From IMG/VR virus record IMGVR_UViG_3300003322_000362: a stretch of 27,841 nucleotides of DNA. The stretch is one strand, 5' to 3'. The notes under the pieces were generated by a model. It searched no databases, was not told the DNA's origin, and was given only the letters and a program-made list of their open reading frames with translations. Positions 1 to 9,308 of this stretch are shown here, piece after piece (the first letter of the stretch is position 1; each line of letters begins with the position of its first letter). The position numbers and the translations under genes were made by a program. Source of the DNA: an uncultured virus (IMG/VR IMGVR_UViG_3300003322_000362) (Duplodnaviria; Heunggongvirae; Uroviricota; Caudoviricetes; Crassvirales).

Positions 1-5
1 TAATT

Positions 6-713
6 TTAGTAGTTTAATGCTTTACTAATTATAGGACACTGTTCTTTAAAAATCTTCTTAATTTCTTTTGCAATAAGCATGGCTTCTTTTTGAGCATGAC
101 CATCATCTCTAACATCAAGAAGATGTATCCATGATCTAATATTACCAGTCATATATAATTTAGTACTAGTAGCTAAAGGAAGAATAAATCTACATGTTTC
201 TTTAGCAATTCCTAAATCTAAACCTTCTTTATATAAATCAAGTGCATCATTTAAATTTTTAGAAGCTTTTTCCATCCATTTAAAAAATTTTATAGCTTCT
301 ATAACACTATTACTTTCTACAAATAAGTCATCTAAAGATACTTCAAATGCATTAGCAGAAATTTCTGGTAAATGAGTAATTGAACCTATAATTTCTGTAC
401 TACTTTGTCTATTTTTTTCAGCTTGTAATCTAAATTCAATTGGTTCTATTTTCTCTACAGCAGCATATCTTTGACTAAATTGTTGAAATCTAAAACTTAC
501 GTGTCTAAGATATTGAACTGAAATAGATATACTAGTTTCAACTTCAATAGTCATATGACTATGTTCAAAAATAGACCAATGTTTATTTTTAATACAATAA
601 CTAATTAAACCTTCTGGTTTTTCAGTTTTATCAATTCTTGGTGAACTAACTCTAGCAATTTCTACAATATTTACTTCTGATTCAGGAGTAATTGTTTTAA
701 GCGATACTTTCAT
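6..713 (-). CDS. thyX: FAD-dependent thymidylate synthase ThyX
   Basis: ARVS, HWSIFEH, RHVSFRFQQFSQRY (RHx7S motif), KETCRFILP, GNIRSWIH, R..HAQKE. Confidence 0.96.
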   Translation of the reverse strand: MKVSLKTITPESEVNIVEIARVSSPRIDKTEKPEGLISYCIKNKHWSIFEHSHMTIEVETSISISVQYLRHVSFRFQQFSQRYAAVEKIEPIEFRLQAEKNRQSSTEIIGSITHLPEISANAFEVSLDDLFVESNSVIEAIKFFKWMEKASKNLNDALDLYKEGLDLGIAKETCRFILPLATSTKLYMTGNIRSWIHLLDVRDDGHAQKEAMLIAKEIKKIFKEQCPIISKALNY

Positions 714-870
714 CTTTAGTTATTTTAATAGTTTCAATTTTTATAGAATGTCCTTCATCTTCAAATAAAAGACATACATGAGTATCACCTTTCTGTATTG
801 CTTTCTTTAGAAATTTTGCTAGATCATTAATAGGAGTAGGACGTATAATAAGATTATTTGAATGTATCAT
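697..870 (-). CDS. hypothetical protein, 57 aa (not in ORF track)
   Basis: Hand translation MIHSNNLIIRPTPINDLAKFLKKAIQKGDTHVCLLFEDEGHSIKIETIKITKDESIA*; fills the gap between two same-strand genes. Confidence 0.65.
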   Translation of the reverse strand: MIHSNNLIIRPTPINDLAKFLKKAIQKGDTHVCLLFEDEGHSIKIETIKITKDESIA

Positions 871-882
871 TTTTTTTTATTA

Positions 883-1596
883 TTAATAACTTCCTTTTAA
901 ATCCCAGAGACTCATATTACCTCCTATATAGAGAGGAGCATTTTGTTTAATAGTATTTAATTTCTCTTGAGCTTTAGCTATAGAAGCAATCAATTCAGTA
1001 CCTACCTCTTCAATAATTCTTTCAGTAGCTAATTTAGCTAATTCTTTAAAATCACGAAGGTGATCTCCCCATCTAGCTATAAGATATTTTTCTTTATCAC
1101 TATATTGTACTTTACCGCATTCACCAGGATGTTTTATTAAAGTAAATTCTATAGCTGCTTCATAATCTTGTTCATTATTGAAATAGTTATCTCCTTTTTC
1201 GTTTTGAATACGAACATCTCTTTGTTGATATTTTATATATCCATATCTTTGAGCTGTAATACCTATAAGAAAGGGATCAGGAGTTTTATCATCATACCAA
1301 ACTTCAATTCTTTCAAAATATTTTTCTCCAATTGCAAATTTTAATTGCTTTAAAACATCTAAAGGAATAGGAGCTTTATTATATTCATTAATACTTACTT
1401 TCTTAGGACAAAGTGTATTACAAATATTTGTCATACTTGTATTAATCCAAGGAAATGGAATAGGTGTTTTAGTTCCTTTAGCTAATTCCATTTGACCTTT
1501 AATACCAAGTTCATTAATTAGATTTTTGTATTCATCTAATGTATCATTATCAAAAATTACATCTGATAATTCTTTTTCAAAATATAATTCTACCAT
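883..1596 (-). CDS. phage protein of unknown function (LCP / PIPL / DP..IG / ARWG motifs)
   Basis: 237-aa ORF packed in the operon; motif pattern recalls a recurrent uncharacterised phage family. Confidence 0.75.
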   Translation of the reverse strand: MVELYFEKELSDVIFDNDTLDEYKNLINELGIKGQMELAKGTKTPIPFPWINTSMTNICNTLCPKKVSINEYNKAPIPLDVLKQLKFAIGEKYFERIEVWYDDKTPDPFLIGITAQRYGYIKYQQRDVRIQNEKGDNYFNNEQDYEAAIEFTLIKHPGECGKVQYSDKEKYLIARWGDHLRDFKELAKLATERIIEEVGTELIASIAKAQEKLNTIKQNAPLYIGGNMSLWDLKGSY

Positions 1597-1601
1597 AAAA
1601 T

Positions 1602-2384
1602 TTAGTTTATTATTTTTTCTTTAATTAATATTTCTCTTACTTTTTCTATTAATTCTTCTATAGTACCATTATTATTTATAGTATAATGAAATCCTTTATA
1701 ATTATCAAGAGCAGTTTCTGAAATATGTTCTTTTATATTATATTCAAAATGATCTTCTCTCCATCTATTAGCTCTGATTAATATACCATCTCTATCTAAT
1801 ATAGATTGGGCTTCATTAGGAAATCTAAGATCGGTTATGAGCCATTTATCTTCTAAATTTTTTCCCCATTTATTAATATTCTTAGCTTCAAAATTTATTC
1901 TATAATCACTAAATAAAGCATTAATATGTACATTTGGATGAATTATATCTCTAAGACATTCACTACCAATACGTTGAAGTAATAATCTAGGAGTATAATG
2001 AACCTTATATGCAGTTTGCCAATTAGTTTTAAGTTCTAATTCATATCTTTCCTTGTCGCAATCAGTAGATAACATAGTAGTATTACCTTTGTCATCTTTA
2101 GTAAAACCACTAGCATAAGCATATCTAATCCATTCTTCTCCTAATTCTTTGTTTTTAATCTCTTCTTTCTCCAAATCTTCTATAGAAATACCAGTTAATA
2201 AAGAAACTATTTGTTTTAATTTACCTGCAAATTTCTTTACTTTCCAGGAACTATAATGTTCATAACTTTTATCAATATTAAATTTATCCTCTTCAAAAAT
2301 AAAATCTCCAGTCAAATATTGAATTATTTTAGCAATTGTATCTTTACCAGATCCAATTTTACCTGAAATACCAATTATTGCCAT
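1602..2384 (-). CDS. deoxynucleoside monophosphate kinase
   Basis: IIGISGKIGSGKDT P-loop, FA..LK, TPRLLLQRIG, ITDLRFPNE, HISETALD, I.NNGT. Confidence 0.92.
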   Translation of the reverse strand: MAIIGISGKIGSGKDTIAKIIQYLTGDFIFEEDKFNIDKSYEHYSSWKVKKFAGKLKQIVSLLTGISIEDLEKEEIKNKELGEEWIRYAYASGFTKDDKGNTTMLSTDCDKERYELELKTNWQTAYKVHYTPRLLLQRIGSECLRDIIHPNVHINALFSDYRINFEAKNINKWGKNLEDKWLITDLRFPNEAQSILDRDGILIRANRWREDHFEYNIKEHISETALDNYKGFHYTINNNGTIEELIEKVREILIKEKIIN

Positions 2385-2390
2385 AATCTA

Positions 2391-2639
2391 TTATTGTATT
2401 TTAGCTATTACTAGTTTAATATTATTTCTTTTAATTCTCTCAAAAGAAATATATTTACATTTACCTTCTATTACTCCATGAGGATTAGATTTTCTATTTT
2501 TAGTATTACAAAGTACATTAATTTCTACTTTATCTACTATATATTTCTTTCTTTTCCATTTAATACACCATTGTATTCTTTTGGTGGCTTTTGATCGCCA
2601 CCAAAAGAATACATTAAAAACTGATTTCTTCTGCACCAT
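2391..2639 (-). CDS. small basic hypothetical protein
   Basis: 82-aa ORF, 22 K/R vs 4 D/E; operon-packed. Confidence 0.65.
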   Translation of the reverse strand: MVQKKSVFNVFFWWRSKATKRIQWCIKWKRKKYIVDKVEINVLCNTKNRKSNPHGVIEGKCKYISFERIKRNNIKLVIAKIQ

Positions 2640-2883
2640 CTTCTAATTCTTCTTTAAATTCTTCTTCTGTAATTTCTTCTCTAGCATAATCATATTCTAA
2701 CTCAAAATCATCATCATCTTTTGGTTCAATTCCATATGATTCATAGTCTTCTACAGTCTTTGAATGACAAATATCATTTAATTCTTCTTCTAAATCATTT
2801 GAATTTGATTCATCAAATTTAAATATATAAGTTGAATTTGCTCCTACTATTGGAGGACAAGTTGTTAATCTATAATATTTCAT
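2614..2883 (-). CDS. small highly acidic hypothetical protein
   Basis: 89 aa, 29 D/E vs 7 K/R; overlaps both neighbours. Confidence 0.75.
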   Translation of the reverse strand: MKYYRLTTCPPIVGANSTYIFKFDESNSNDLEEELNDICHSKTVEDYESYGIEPKDDDDFELEYDYAREEITEEEFKEELEDGAEEISF

Positions 2884-3179
2884 AATTGTTTAATAAATTT
2901 AAATCTTGGTACTAAATCTTGTTTTCCAAATTTAGGATGAATCATTTCTCGAAATTCAGTTATACTTCTATAAAATGGTTGTGGAGTAATAATAGTTACA
3001 TCATTATGATCAATACTAATTTCTTCTCTAATAGATTGATAAATACCATGTATATCACACTGATAATATATTACTAAGATAGCTCCTTCATCATGAGGAT
3101 AAGCTACATCTATTACCTTGTAATATTTTCCTTTATAGTGTTGATATATAGCATTAGTATGTATTTCTTCTTTTATCAT
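2880..3179 (-). CDS. DUF1653-family protein
   Basis: YQHYKGKYYKVIDVA..., VIYY, R...EF, C-terminal PRF. Confidence 0.8.
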   Translation of the reverse strand: MIKEEIHTNAIYQHYKGKYYKVIDVAYPHDEGAILVIYYQCDIHGIYQSIREEISIDHNDVTIITPQPFYRSITEFREMIHPKFGKQDLVPRFKFIKQL

Positions 3180-3183
3180 TTCA

Positions 3184-3969
3184 TTAAAACATTAAATCAT
3201 CACTTAATTTTATATTGAAATATGGTTCTAAAGTAGGAAACCAATCTATAGGAGTTATATAACTATCTTTTAGAAATTGATTAGCTTTTGAAAAATGTTT
3301 ACATCCACTAAATGTTGTAGGATAATTTGGTATTATATCTCCAAAAGAATTCTTATTGTATAGATCAGCAGCAGGATGTGGAGCTTCAAGTACAAGATGA
3401 TTATATCCTAAATCATCCATTGCTAAAGCTTCTTTAAAAGATGCCTTCGCATGGTTCCCCCAAGTCATGAATACCTTAGGTGATTTTTCCCGGATCACAC
3501 TTAATAGGATCGCTTTGGTTAACTTTTCCCAACCCATCCCTACATGAGAGCCTGGTTTTCCTCGGAACACTGTGAGGCACGTATTTAGAAGTAATACACC
3601 CTGTTTTGCAAGATAGGATAAATCATAATCTCTATTAACTGCAAATCCTTCATAACAATCTCTCTCAATTTCATCAAATATAACATCAAGAGATTGAGTT
3701 TTAGATACACCAACTTTAACTCCTCCTTTATAAGAAAATGCTAATCCATCTGCAACACCATTATAATAAGGATCTTGTCCTAGTATAACTACTTTTACTT
3801 GATTAAAAGGACATAATTTTAAAGCCTTAAATACATCTTCACTATCAGGATAAATAGTCATACTCTTTCGAGTATGACTAATCCATTCTCCCATCTTTTG
3901 AAGATAATCTTTATAGAATTCATTACCAATAGGTTGAACCCATGATTCTCCTATTAATTCTTCTATCAT
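3184..3969 (-). CDS. ung: uracil-DNA glycosylase, family 1 (UNG)
   Basis: VKVVILGQDPY, ADGLAFS, QGVLLLNT.LTV..GKPGSH...GW, FMTWG, HP motif, GCKHFSKAN. Confidence 0.95.
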   Translation of the reverse strand: MIEELIGESWVQPIGNEFYKDYLQKMGEWISHTRKSMTIYPDSEDVFKALKLCPFNQVKVVILGQDPYYNGVADGLAFSYKGGVKVGVSKTQSLDVIFDEIERDCYEGFAVNRDYDLSYLAKQGVLLLNTCLTVFRGKPGSHVGMGWEKLTKAILLSVIREKSPKVFMTWGNHAKASFKEALAMDDLGYNHLVLEAPHPAADLYNKNSFGDIIPNYPTTFSGCKHFSKANQFLKDSYITPIDWFPTLEPYFNIKLSDDLMF

Positions 3970-4238
3970 TCTCTAGTTATTTTCCACTTATCTAAATGAG
4001 TAACGAATCTAGCTTTAATATTGTCAACCATTTTATCAAACTCAATATTATTAATATCATCTGATACATAAGTACTTACTAAAGTTTTTAATTTTTTATT
4101 ATAATTATTAACTCTCTTACCTCTTAATCGATTAATAAAAGCTCTAAATTCTGATAATAAATTAAAATAATAAACTTTACTATTATCTATATCAACTACT
4201 TTAATGATAAGACTCTCAGGTTTTTGAACATTTTCCAT
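3966..4238 (-). CDS. hypothetical protein
   Basis: 90-aa ORF; its TGA overlaps the ung ATG (ATGA). Confidence 0.7.
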   Translation of the reverse strand: MENVQKPESLIIKVVDIDNSKVYYFNLLSEFRAFINRLRGKRVNNYNKKLKTLVSTYVSDDINNIEFDKMVDNIKARFVTHLDKWKITRE

Positions 4239-4567
4239 ACTTCTTCTTTATTTATTATATTAGTTTTTTTTATTAAATTCCAAAATTTCTTGTTAATTCC
4301 TAACACATTAATAATATGAAGAAATTCCACTTCTTCAATATCCTCTTTAGTTAATTTATAAGGTAAACCTGAAACAGAACTTTGATGTAAAGAATAATCC
4401 ACCATACCTTCTGATTGCCATACATATAAAGTATGTTTTGTTAATTTAGGTATATTAAATCTTTCACAATTTTCATTTATTATTTTTAAAGCATCTTTTG
4501 TTGTATAATAAAGTTTATTTATATTATCTGAAATCCTTTCTCTTGTTCCTCCATTGTAATATGCCAT
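4196..4567 (-). CDS. putative MerR-like helix-turn-helix DNA-binding protein
   Basis: LYYTTKDAL...TKHTLYVWQSEGMV...YKLTKEDIEEV resembles the MerR N-terminal HTH and wing. Confidence 0.55.
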   Translation of the reverse strand: MAYYNGGTRERISDNINKLYYTTKDALKIINENCERFNIPKLTKHTLYVWQSEGMVDYSLHQSSVSGLPYKLTKEDIEEVEFLHIINVLGINKKFWNLIKKTNIINKEEVWKMFKNLRVLSLK

Positions 4568-5640
4568 ATGTTATTGTTTATATGAAATCCTAATCTCTTT
4601 TGTAAAGATATTATTTCTAAACTATATTGATATATATTATGAAAATCTGTTTTATATACCATTGTAGGATTTTCTCCTGTAGTTTGTACTACTACATTAT
4701 AGTGCTCAAAATTGTATTTTTCTAATTCTTCATTAGACTCTTTTAATCCTATTTCATAATTTGCTAATTGTCTTCCTAATTTATATTTATGGTAAGCTCC
4801 ATCAAGATTTCTAAAATTTTGTACAGGATATGCAGTAGTTTTGAAATCTATAATTTTAACTGTTCTATCAAACTGATTTATAATATATCTATCTATTTTA
4901 CCTTTTCTTTTAATAGTTGTATTTCCTATATAAGCTGTCCAAAATATTTCTTGTTCATTAAAAGCATTGGGATTTGGTTCAAATAGAAGTTTAGATGCAA
5001 ATGGATGTTTTGATACAGAATTATAACAATTAGTTAATATATTCTTAGTTGCTTTATCTAATATAATTAATCCATTAGCTTGTTTAAGAAACTCATAATA
5101 ACCTATATTTTCCATAAATGCCTTAATCACTGTAGGCTCTTTATGAGATGAATTATAAGCCGAATCTTTTCTGGAGAAGCGAAAGCATTTCACAAATAAT
5201 ACAAAATCTTCTAATACATTATTTTTCCAATCACTTGGTAAAGGTAAATCATTATTATAAACAAAAGGATAAAATACTTTGAAGGCTTCTAAACTATCAC
5301 TATCTATTTGTTGTTTAAGATCAACTTCTGCTAAAAATACTGAATTATTTTTCCATCCTGATTTAGTATATAAATTAAAGAAAGTCTCTATTAATAAAGC
5401 TATTTGTGGAGTAGGTTTATTTTGCTCACTAATAATAAATTCTTTAGGATTTTCTAAATATGAATGTAGTAAAGTACCTCTTTCCATACTAGGTGTCTCT
5501 TTTTTCTGTCCTTCTAACATTGCTGAGAAAAAGGAAGTTGGGTGACCTCCTATAAGAGGATCGAGGAGATTTAATTGGCTATGACTAATGATCCATTCTT
5601 TTGGATCAGTTGATTTTCCTATATCGTGGTATCCTATCAT
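4519..5640 (-). CDS. PD-(D/E)XK exonuclease (RecB/Exo VIII-like)
   Basis: ISHSQL, SMERGTLLHSYLE, EQEIFW, KGKIDR, IIDFKT, QLANY. Confidence 0.88.
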   Translation of the reverse strand: MIGYHDIGKSTDPKEWIISHSQLNLLDPLIGGHPTSFFSAMLEGQKKETPSMERGTLLHSYLENPKEFIISEQNKPTPQIALLIETFFNLYTKSGWKNNSVFLAEVDLKQQIDSDSLEAFKVFYPFVYNNDLPLPSDWKNNVLEDFVLFVKCFRFSRKDSAYNSSHKEPTVIKAFMENIGYYEFLKQANGLIILDKATKNILTNCYNSVSKHPFASKLLFEPNPNAFNEQEIFWTAYIGNTTIKRKGKIDRYIINQFDRTVKIIDFKTTAYPVQNFRNLDGAYHKYKLGRQLANYEIGLKESNEELEKYNFEHYNVVVQTTGENPTMVYKTDFHNIYQYSLEIISLQKRLGFHINNNIWHITMEEQEKGFQII

Positions 5641-5660
5641 GAATGTAAATTTAATAAAAA

Positions 5661-5855
5661 TTATTTTAGTTCAAAAATACTAGTTCGGAAAAAATCTATA
5701 ATTTTTCGTAAAGAGATTTTTAAATCTATTATAGTTGAGAAATAATCATTTCCACGACATAAAATCTTTTCTCCGACTCTCAACTCCCAATAAAATAAAC
5801 CCTTACTATTTTGTAATATAACTAAACCCATTTCATCCTTTTCAAGTTCACTCAT
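5661..5855 (-). CDS. small protein, YegP/DUF1508-like
   Basis: ILQNSKGLFYWELRVGEKILCRGNDYFST resembles the YegP/DUF1508 pattern. Confidence 0.55.
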   Translation of the reverse strand: MSELEKDEMGLVILQNSKGLFYWELRVGEKILCRGNDYFSTIIDLKISLRKIIDFFRTSIFELK

Positions 5856-6043
5856 TTCTTTGTTATTAATTCATCTATGTTAATTCTTTCACCAGTCTTT
5901 ACCAATACAATAGAAATTAATTCATATAGGAAATCTCTCATGAATTCTGCATCATCACTTCCTCTTATACTATAAGTTATATTAGTAGCTCTATCTACTT
6001 TTTCTTGTAGAGTAAAAGCTTTCTTATGTGCTTGTATTGGCAT
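5852..6043 (-). CDS. hypothetical protein
   Basis: 63-aa ORF with ATGA coupling to the downstream gene. Confidence 0.65.
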   Translation of the reverse strand: MPIQAHKKAFTLQEKVDRATNITYSIRGSDDAEFMRDFLYELISIVLVKTGERINIDELITKK

Positions 6044-6713
6044 AAAATTTAATTGTTAATTTATTCTCTCCTAACTTAGGAGTTTGAAATATTACTTTAC
6101 TTCCTTTAATATACTTTAATGAATCATTAGGAATTATTTTAGTTTCAGTTAAAGTATCTTGAAATGCTTTAACATAAGGTAATGCAAGATTATCTAAATC
6201 TGCTTTTTCTTCATCTATATCTATTTCAAATAAATATTCCATATATAATGGAAACTTATCTTCTGTGATCCCTTGTCCAGAAAGAGTAGATTCTAGCAAT
6301 TGAGAGTTTTGTAGCTTCTCCGTAAAAAATTTATGTAGTTCTCCTATTACTTTATTTCTTACAAAAGGATTATAACCAGCATTATATATTAACTGACCAC
6401 TTATCATTGTCCATCTTTCTGTACCAGCAGTTTTTGCATTCTTAATTACAAAATATTGTCCTTCTGTATTATAAAGAGAATTAAATATTCTTTTTCCTTG
6501 CTTTCTCTTTCTCCATTCATAAGGTTTCCTAAAACTATAAGTGCCACTAAATATATCTTCTGAAATTCTATCTTTAGCTTTAAGAAGATAACGACTTGGT
6601 ATCTTATCTCCTTCATTATAATAATGAGTTCTTCTACAATTAGATAACTTTACTTTTCTAATTAGATTTTCTATTACTATTGTTTTAATAACTGTTTTAA
6701 TGACCGTTAACAT
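6024..6713 (-). CDS. RusA-like Holliday junction resolvase with N-terminal extension
   Basis: C-terminal DLDNL...YVKAFQDTL....IIPNDS matches the RusA DxDN..K...D.L....DD pattern. Confidence 0.75.
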   Translation of the reverse strand: MLTVIKTVIKTIVIENLIRKVKLSNCRRTHYYNEGDKIPSRYLLKAKDRISEDIFSGTYSFRKPYEWRKRKQGKRIFNSLYNTEGQYFVIKNAKTAGTERWTMISGQLIYNAGYNPFVRNKVIGELHKFFTEKLQNSQLLESTLSGQGITEDKFPLYMEYLFEIDIDEEKADLDNLALPYVKAFQDTLTETKIIPNDSLKYIKGSKVIFQTPKLGENKLTIKFYANTST

Positions 6714-7656
6714 AGGTATTAATTAAATTCCTCATAAATTGTACACCTTTTTTAGCTAAACAATCTGTAAAATCTTTAGCATAAGTTTTAGGAAATAATA
6801 ATGGAATAGTATTAAACTTTCTTTGATATTTAATACTTAGTTGTCTACCAGCAGTATCATTATCAAATAATGTATAAATAATAGGAAATCTTTCTTTTAA
6901 ATGGAGAAATAATCTTTCTGTGATAATATGATATTCATCAAATACAGAAGCAGCATTTAACTGAAAAGTAGAAATAGAAACTGCATCTTTATAACTCTTA
7001 GTAATAATCAATTTATCTCCTCTGCCAGGTAATTGAGACATACCCATAAGAAATTCATCTGTTCTTACTAGATTTTGAAAGAATCTACCATATTCTAATC
7101 TAGCTGGAAAATATAACTTATATAAATTGTCACCAAAGTAATAACAATAACATGGATCATTCTTTTTACATACGTAATATTCTCCATTTAACCATATAGA
7201 TTTACATGCAAAAATTCTATAATTCTTTAGAGTATCTATATCTATATTATACTTTCTCCAATATTGAAGATCAGAAATTTCCCATTCTCTAATAGAAACT
7301 CTTATTTCCTCTCTTACTTTGATACCAGAATATTGTTGCTGAATTATATTAGGTTGTAAACCGTTGAGATTAAAATCTCTAATGATAATTTTAATAGAAT
7401 CAATAAAACTAACATTGAATCTAAATTGAACTACTGCAAAACAATCCCAATGATATTTACCAAAATCGTGAAAATAAAGAGTACCTATAGCATTATAATA
7501 ATATTTACATCCTGGAGTATTATCAATTCTAAGAGGATTGCAATATTGTACTCCTTCTTCTATAGGTAATCCTAGATATTTTTCAAATATTTGTTCTTGA
7601 GTTACCTTTTCTAAGACAGCAGATTTTGTTAAAGGTATTCCAGGTTGAATAGGCAT
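6697..7656 (-). CDS. DNA primase (degenerate Zn-binding domain plus TOPRIM)
   Basis: CNPLRIDNTPGC...FHDFG, IITKSYKDA, LFDNDTAG (DxD), KDFTD. Confidence 0.9.
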   Translation of the reverse strand: MPIQPGIPLTKSAVLEKVTQEQIFEKYLGLPIEEGVQYCNPLRIDNTPGCKYYYNAIGTLYFHDFGKYHWDCFAVVQFRFNVSFIDSIKIIIRDFNLNGLQPNIIQQQYSGIKVREEIRVSIREWEISDLQYWRKYNIDIDTLKNYRIFACKSIWLNGEYYVCKKNDPCYCYYFGDNLYKLYFPARLEYGRFFQNLVRTDEFLMGMSQLPGRGDKLIITKSYKDAVSISTFQLNAASVFDEYHIITERLFLHLKERFPIIYTLFDNDTAGRQLSIKYQRKFNTIPLLFPKTYAKDFTDCLAKKGVQFMRNLINTYVNGH

Positions 7657-7661
7657 GAAAT

Positions 7662-7690
7662 ATAAAAATAAAGGGGGCTATTAACCCCCT
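7662..7690 (-). terminator. intrinsic terminator
   Basis: Minus strand AGGGGG-TTAATAG-CCCCCT then TTATTTTT, just after the stop of 7700..8539. Confidence 0.85.
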
Positions 7691-7699
7691 ATTAAAATT

Positions 7700-8539
7700 T
7701 TAGAACTTAGGAACACCACTAGCTGTTTTTCCACCACTAGCTTGATCCATATTTGTTGGCATTTCTTGACTAGCTGCCGGAATAAATTCTTTCAAAGTAT
7801 AATCATTTTGATAATCTGCTTTGAAAGCAGAATATTGATTATTCAATGCTGTTTTCCATGCATCCCATCTCTTATCTTTTTCTCTTGCAAAATATCCATC
7901 ATATACAGCTTGATAAGTAACAGGATTACCATTCTTATCGGTAGTACTAATTACTCCTAAAAGAACTTGAAGTTCATTACGAGGAATTGCATTAAGAAGA
8001 GCAAGAATTTCACTAGGATCACCCTTAGCTAATTTTTGAGGATTATCTAAATAAGCTTGATCATCAGGACCACAATTAGCCCAAGATATAATAAATTTAG
8101 TAAGTTTTTCTTCTCCTATAAGAGCGGGTCTTGCTCCATCTTTTCTGAAAAACTCTACAGTTGGCATGGTTTGAGCATCTGCTCCCCAACCAAATTGACC
8201 AAATTTATTAACCCATTGAACTTTATCGCCATTTTGATTAACACGAACTTTATCTTCAATCCACAATGCTAACTTAGCATTAATTTTCTTTTCACTATTA
8301 TGTAAGAAAATATCAAGACGATATTTATCATGACCTTCTTCTATAACTTGTTGTGTATCTTTATCTACTATATCATCAGTTTTAGTAAGATATTGAGGTT
8401 CCTTTTGTGGACTCATACCCATTGCTTTGAGTTTTTCCATACCTGGATTAATTACAGAAACATTCATTTTTGCAATACCAGTCCATTTGGCACCTGAAGA
8501 TACAACTTCTTTACTTGATTCATTTACACCTATTGCCAT
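7700..8539 (-). CDS. replication/recombination protein, possibly single-stranded DNA-binding
   Basis: 279 aa between the AAA ATPase and primase; low-complexity tail ending in F; followed by a terminator. SSB role inferred from context only. Confidence 0.55.
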   Translation of the reverse strand: MAIGVNESSKEVVSSGAKWTGIAKMNVSVINPGMEKLKAMGMSPQKEPQYLTKTDDIVDKDTQQVIEEGHDKYRLDIFLHNSEKKINAKLALWIEDKVRVNQNGDKVQWVNKFGQFGWGADAQTMPTVEFFRKDGARPALIGEEKLTKFIISWANCGPDDQAYLDNPQKLAKGDPSEILALLNAIPRNELQVLLGVISTTDKNGNPVTYQAVYDGYFAREKDKRWDAWKTALNNQYSAFKADYQNDYTLKEFIPAASQEMPTNMDQASGGKTASGVPKF

Positions 8540-8572
8540 TTTTATACATTTATTTGTTTTAAATTGATTTTT

Positions 8573-8619
8573 AAAAAGAAAGGGGATATGTACATCATGC
8601 GCCCATGTACACTCCCCTT
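8573..8619 (-). terminator. intrinsic terminator (long stem)
   Basis: Minus strand AAGGGGA-G-TGTACAT...ATGTACA-TA-TCCCCTT then TCTTTTT. Confidence 0.8.
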
Positions 8620-8659
8620 AATTCATAATAACTCACAACCGTGTTCTCAACCCAGAATC

Positions 8660-9244
8660 TTAGTAATCGCTAGATGTAGGAGTAGAAGTTTCTGTAGCTA
8701 CTTCTTCTTCTTCTTCATCATCACTACCAGTTGTATCTACAACAACTTTGTAGATAGCTACAACATGAGAAGGAATATCAGTAATTTCTGCTGTTACATC
8801 TTCAAGACCAAGGAATTGGCTACCAAGTTTGTCTTTATCAATAAGACCTTTAGCTGCCAAATCTTCTGCAAGAAATACATTAGAAAAGAAAGAACTCTTA
8901 TTTTGAGCAACACCTTCTTTAGAGTAACTTTGTTTCAGGAACTTAGCTTCGGGCTTAGCTCCTTCAACTTCTTTAAGTACTACTAACAATACATCCTTAT
9001 CAGTTTTAAATTGAGTAAGAGCATATTGAGTAAGATTCAGTTTCTCAAAAGCTTTCTTAGATACAATAAACTGATCTTCAATAAAAGGAGTAAATTCTTT
9101 ACCTTCTTCTTCGGCAGCTTTTTTGCCTTTCTCTGATTCCCACCGACGATATTTAATACCATCATAATTTTGGGTTCTTGTACCTCCTTTTTCTCTTACG
9201 AAGGTCTTGTCTACCATCTCAAGTGTTCCGAAACTAATTGCCAT
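8660..9244 (-). CDS. hypothetical protein with acidic C-terminal tail
   Basis: 194 aa, tail GSDDEEEEEVATETSTPTSSDY; flanked by its own promoter and terminator. Confidence 0.85.
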   Translation of the reverse strand: MAISFGTLEMVDKTFVREKGGTRTQNYDGIKYRRWESEKGKKAAEEEGKEFTPFIEDQFIVSKKAFEKLNLTQYALTQFKTDKDVLLVVLKEVEGAKPEAKFLKQSYSKEGVAQNKSSFFSNVFLAEDLAAKGLIDKDKLGSQFLGLEDVTAEITDIPSHVVAIYKVVVDTTGSDDEEEEEVATETSTPTSSDY

Positions 9245-9308
9245 AATCTGTTAATTTTAGTGATTAAATTGTTTAATTTATAATTGACTTATTTGTCCTT
9301 TGTTGATA

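Noticed and set aside
5646..5675. Possible promoter TTTG-N18-TAAATTTA upstream of the exonuclease (minus strand)
   Set aside because: The spacing is short and such AT-rich matches arise by chance; too weak to call.
6678..6708. Short tandem repeat encoding TVIK-TVIK-TIV
   Set aside because: Two imperfect 12-bp copies in AT-rich DNA; no sign of an iteron array or phase variation.
8574..8585. Third copy of AAAAGAAAGGGG, matching 12 bp of the 20060 repeat, as a recombination site
   Set aside because: It is the stem plus U-tract of a terminator and is low complexity. It lacks the final TTG.
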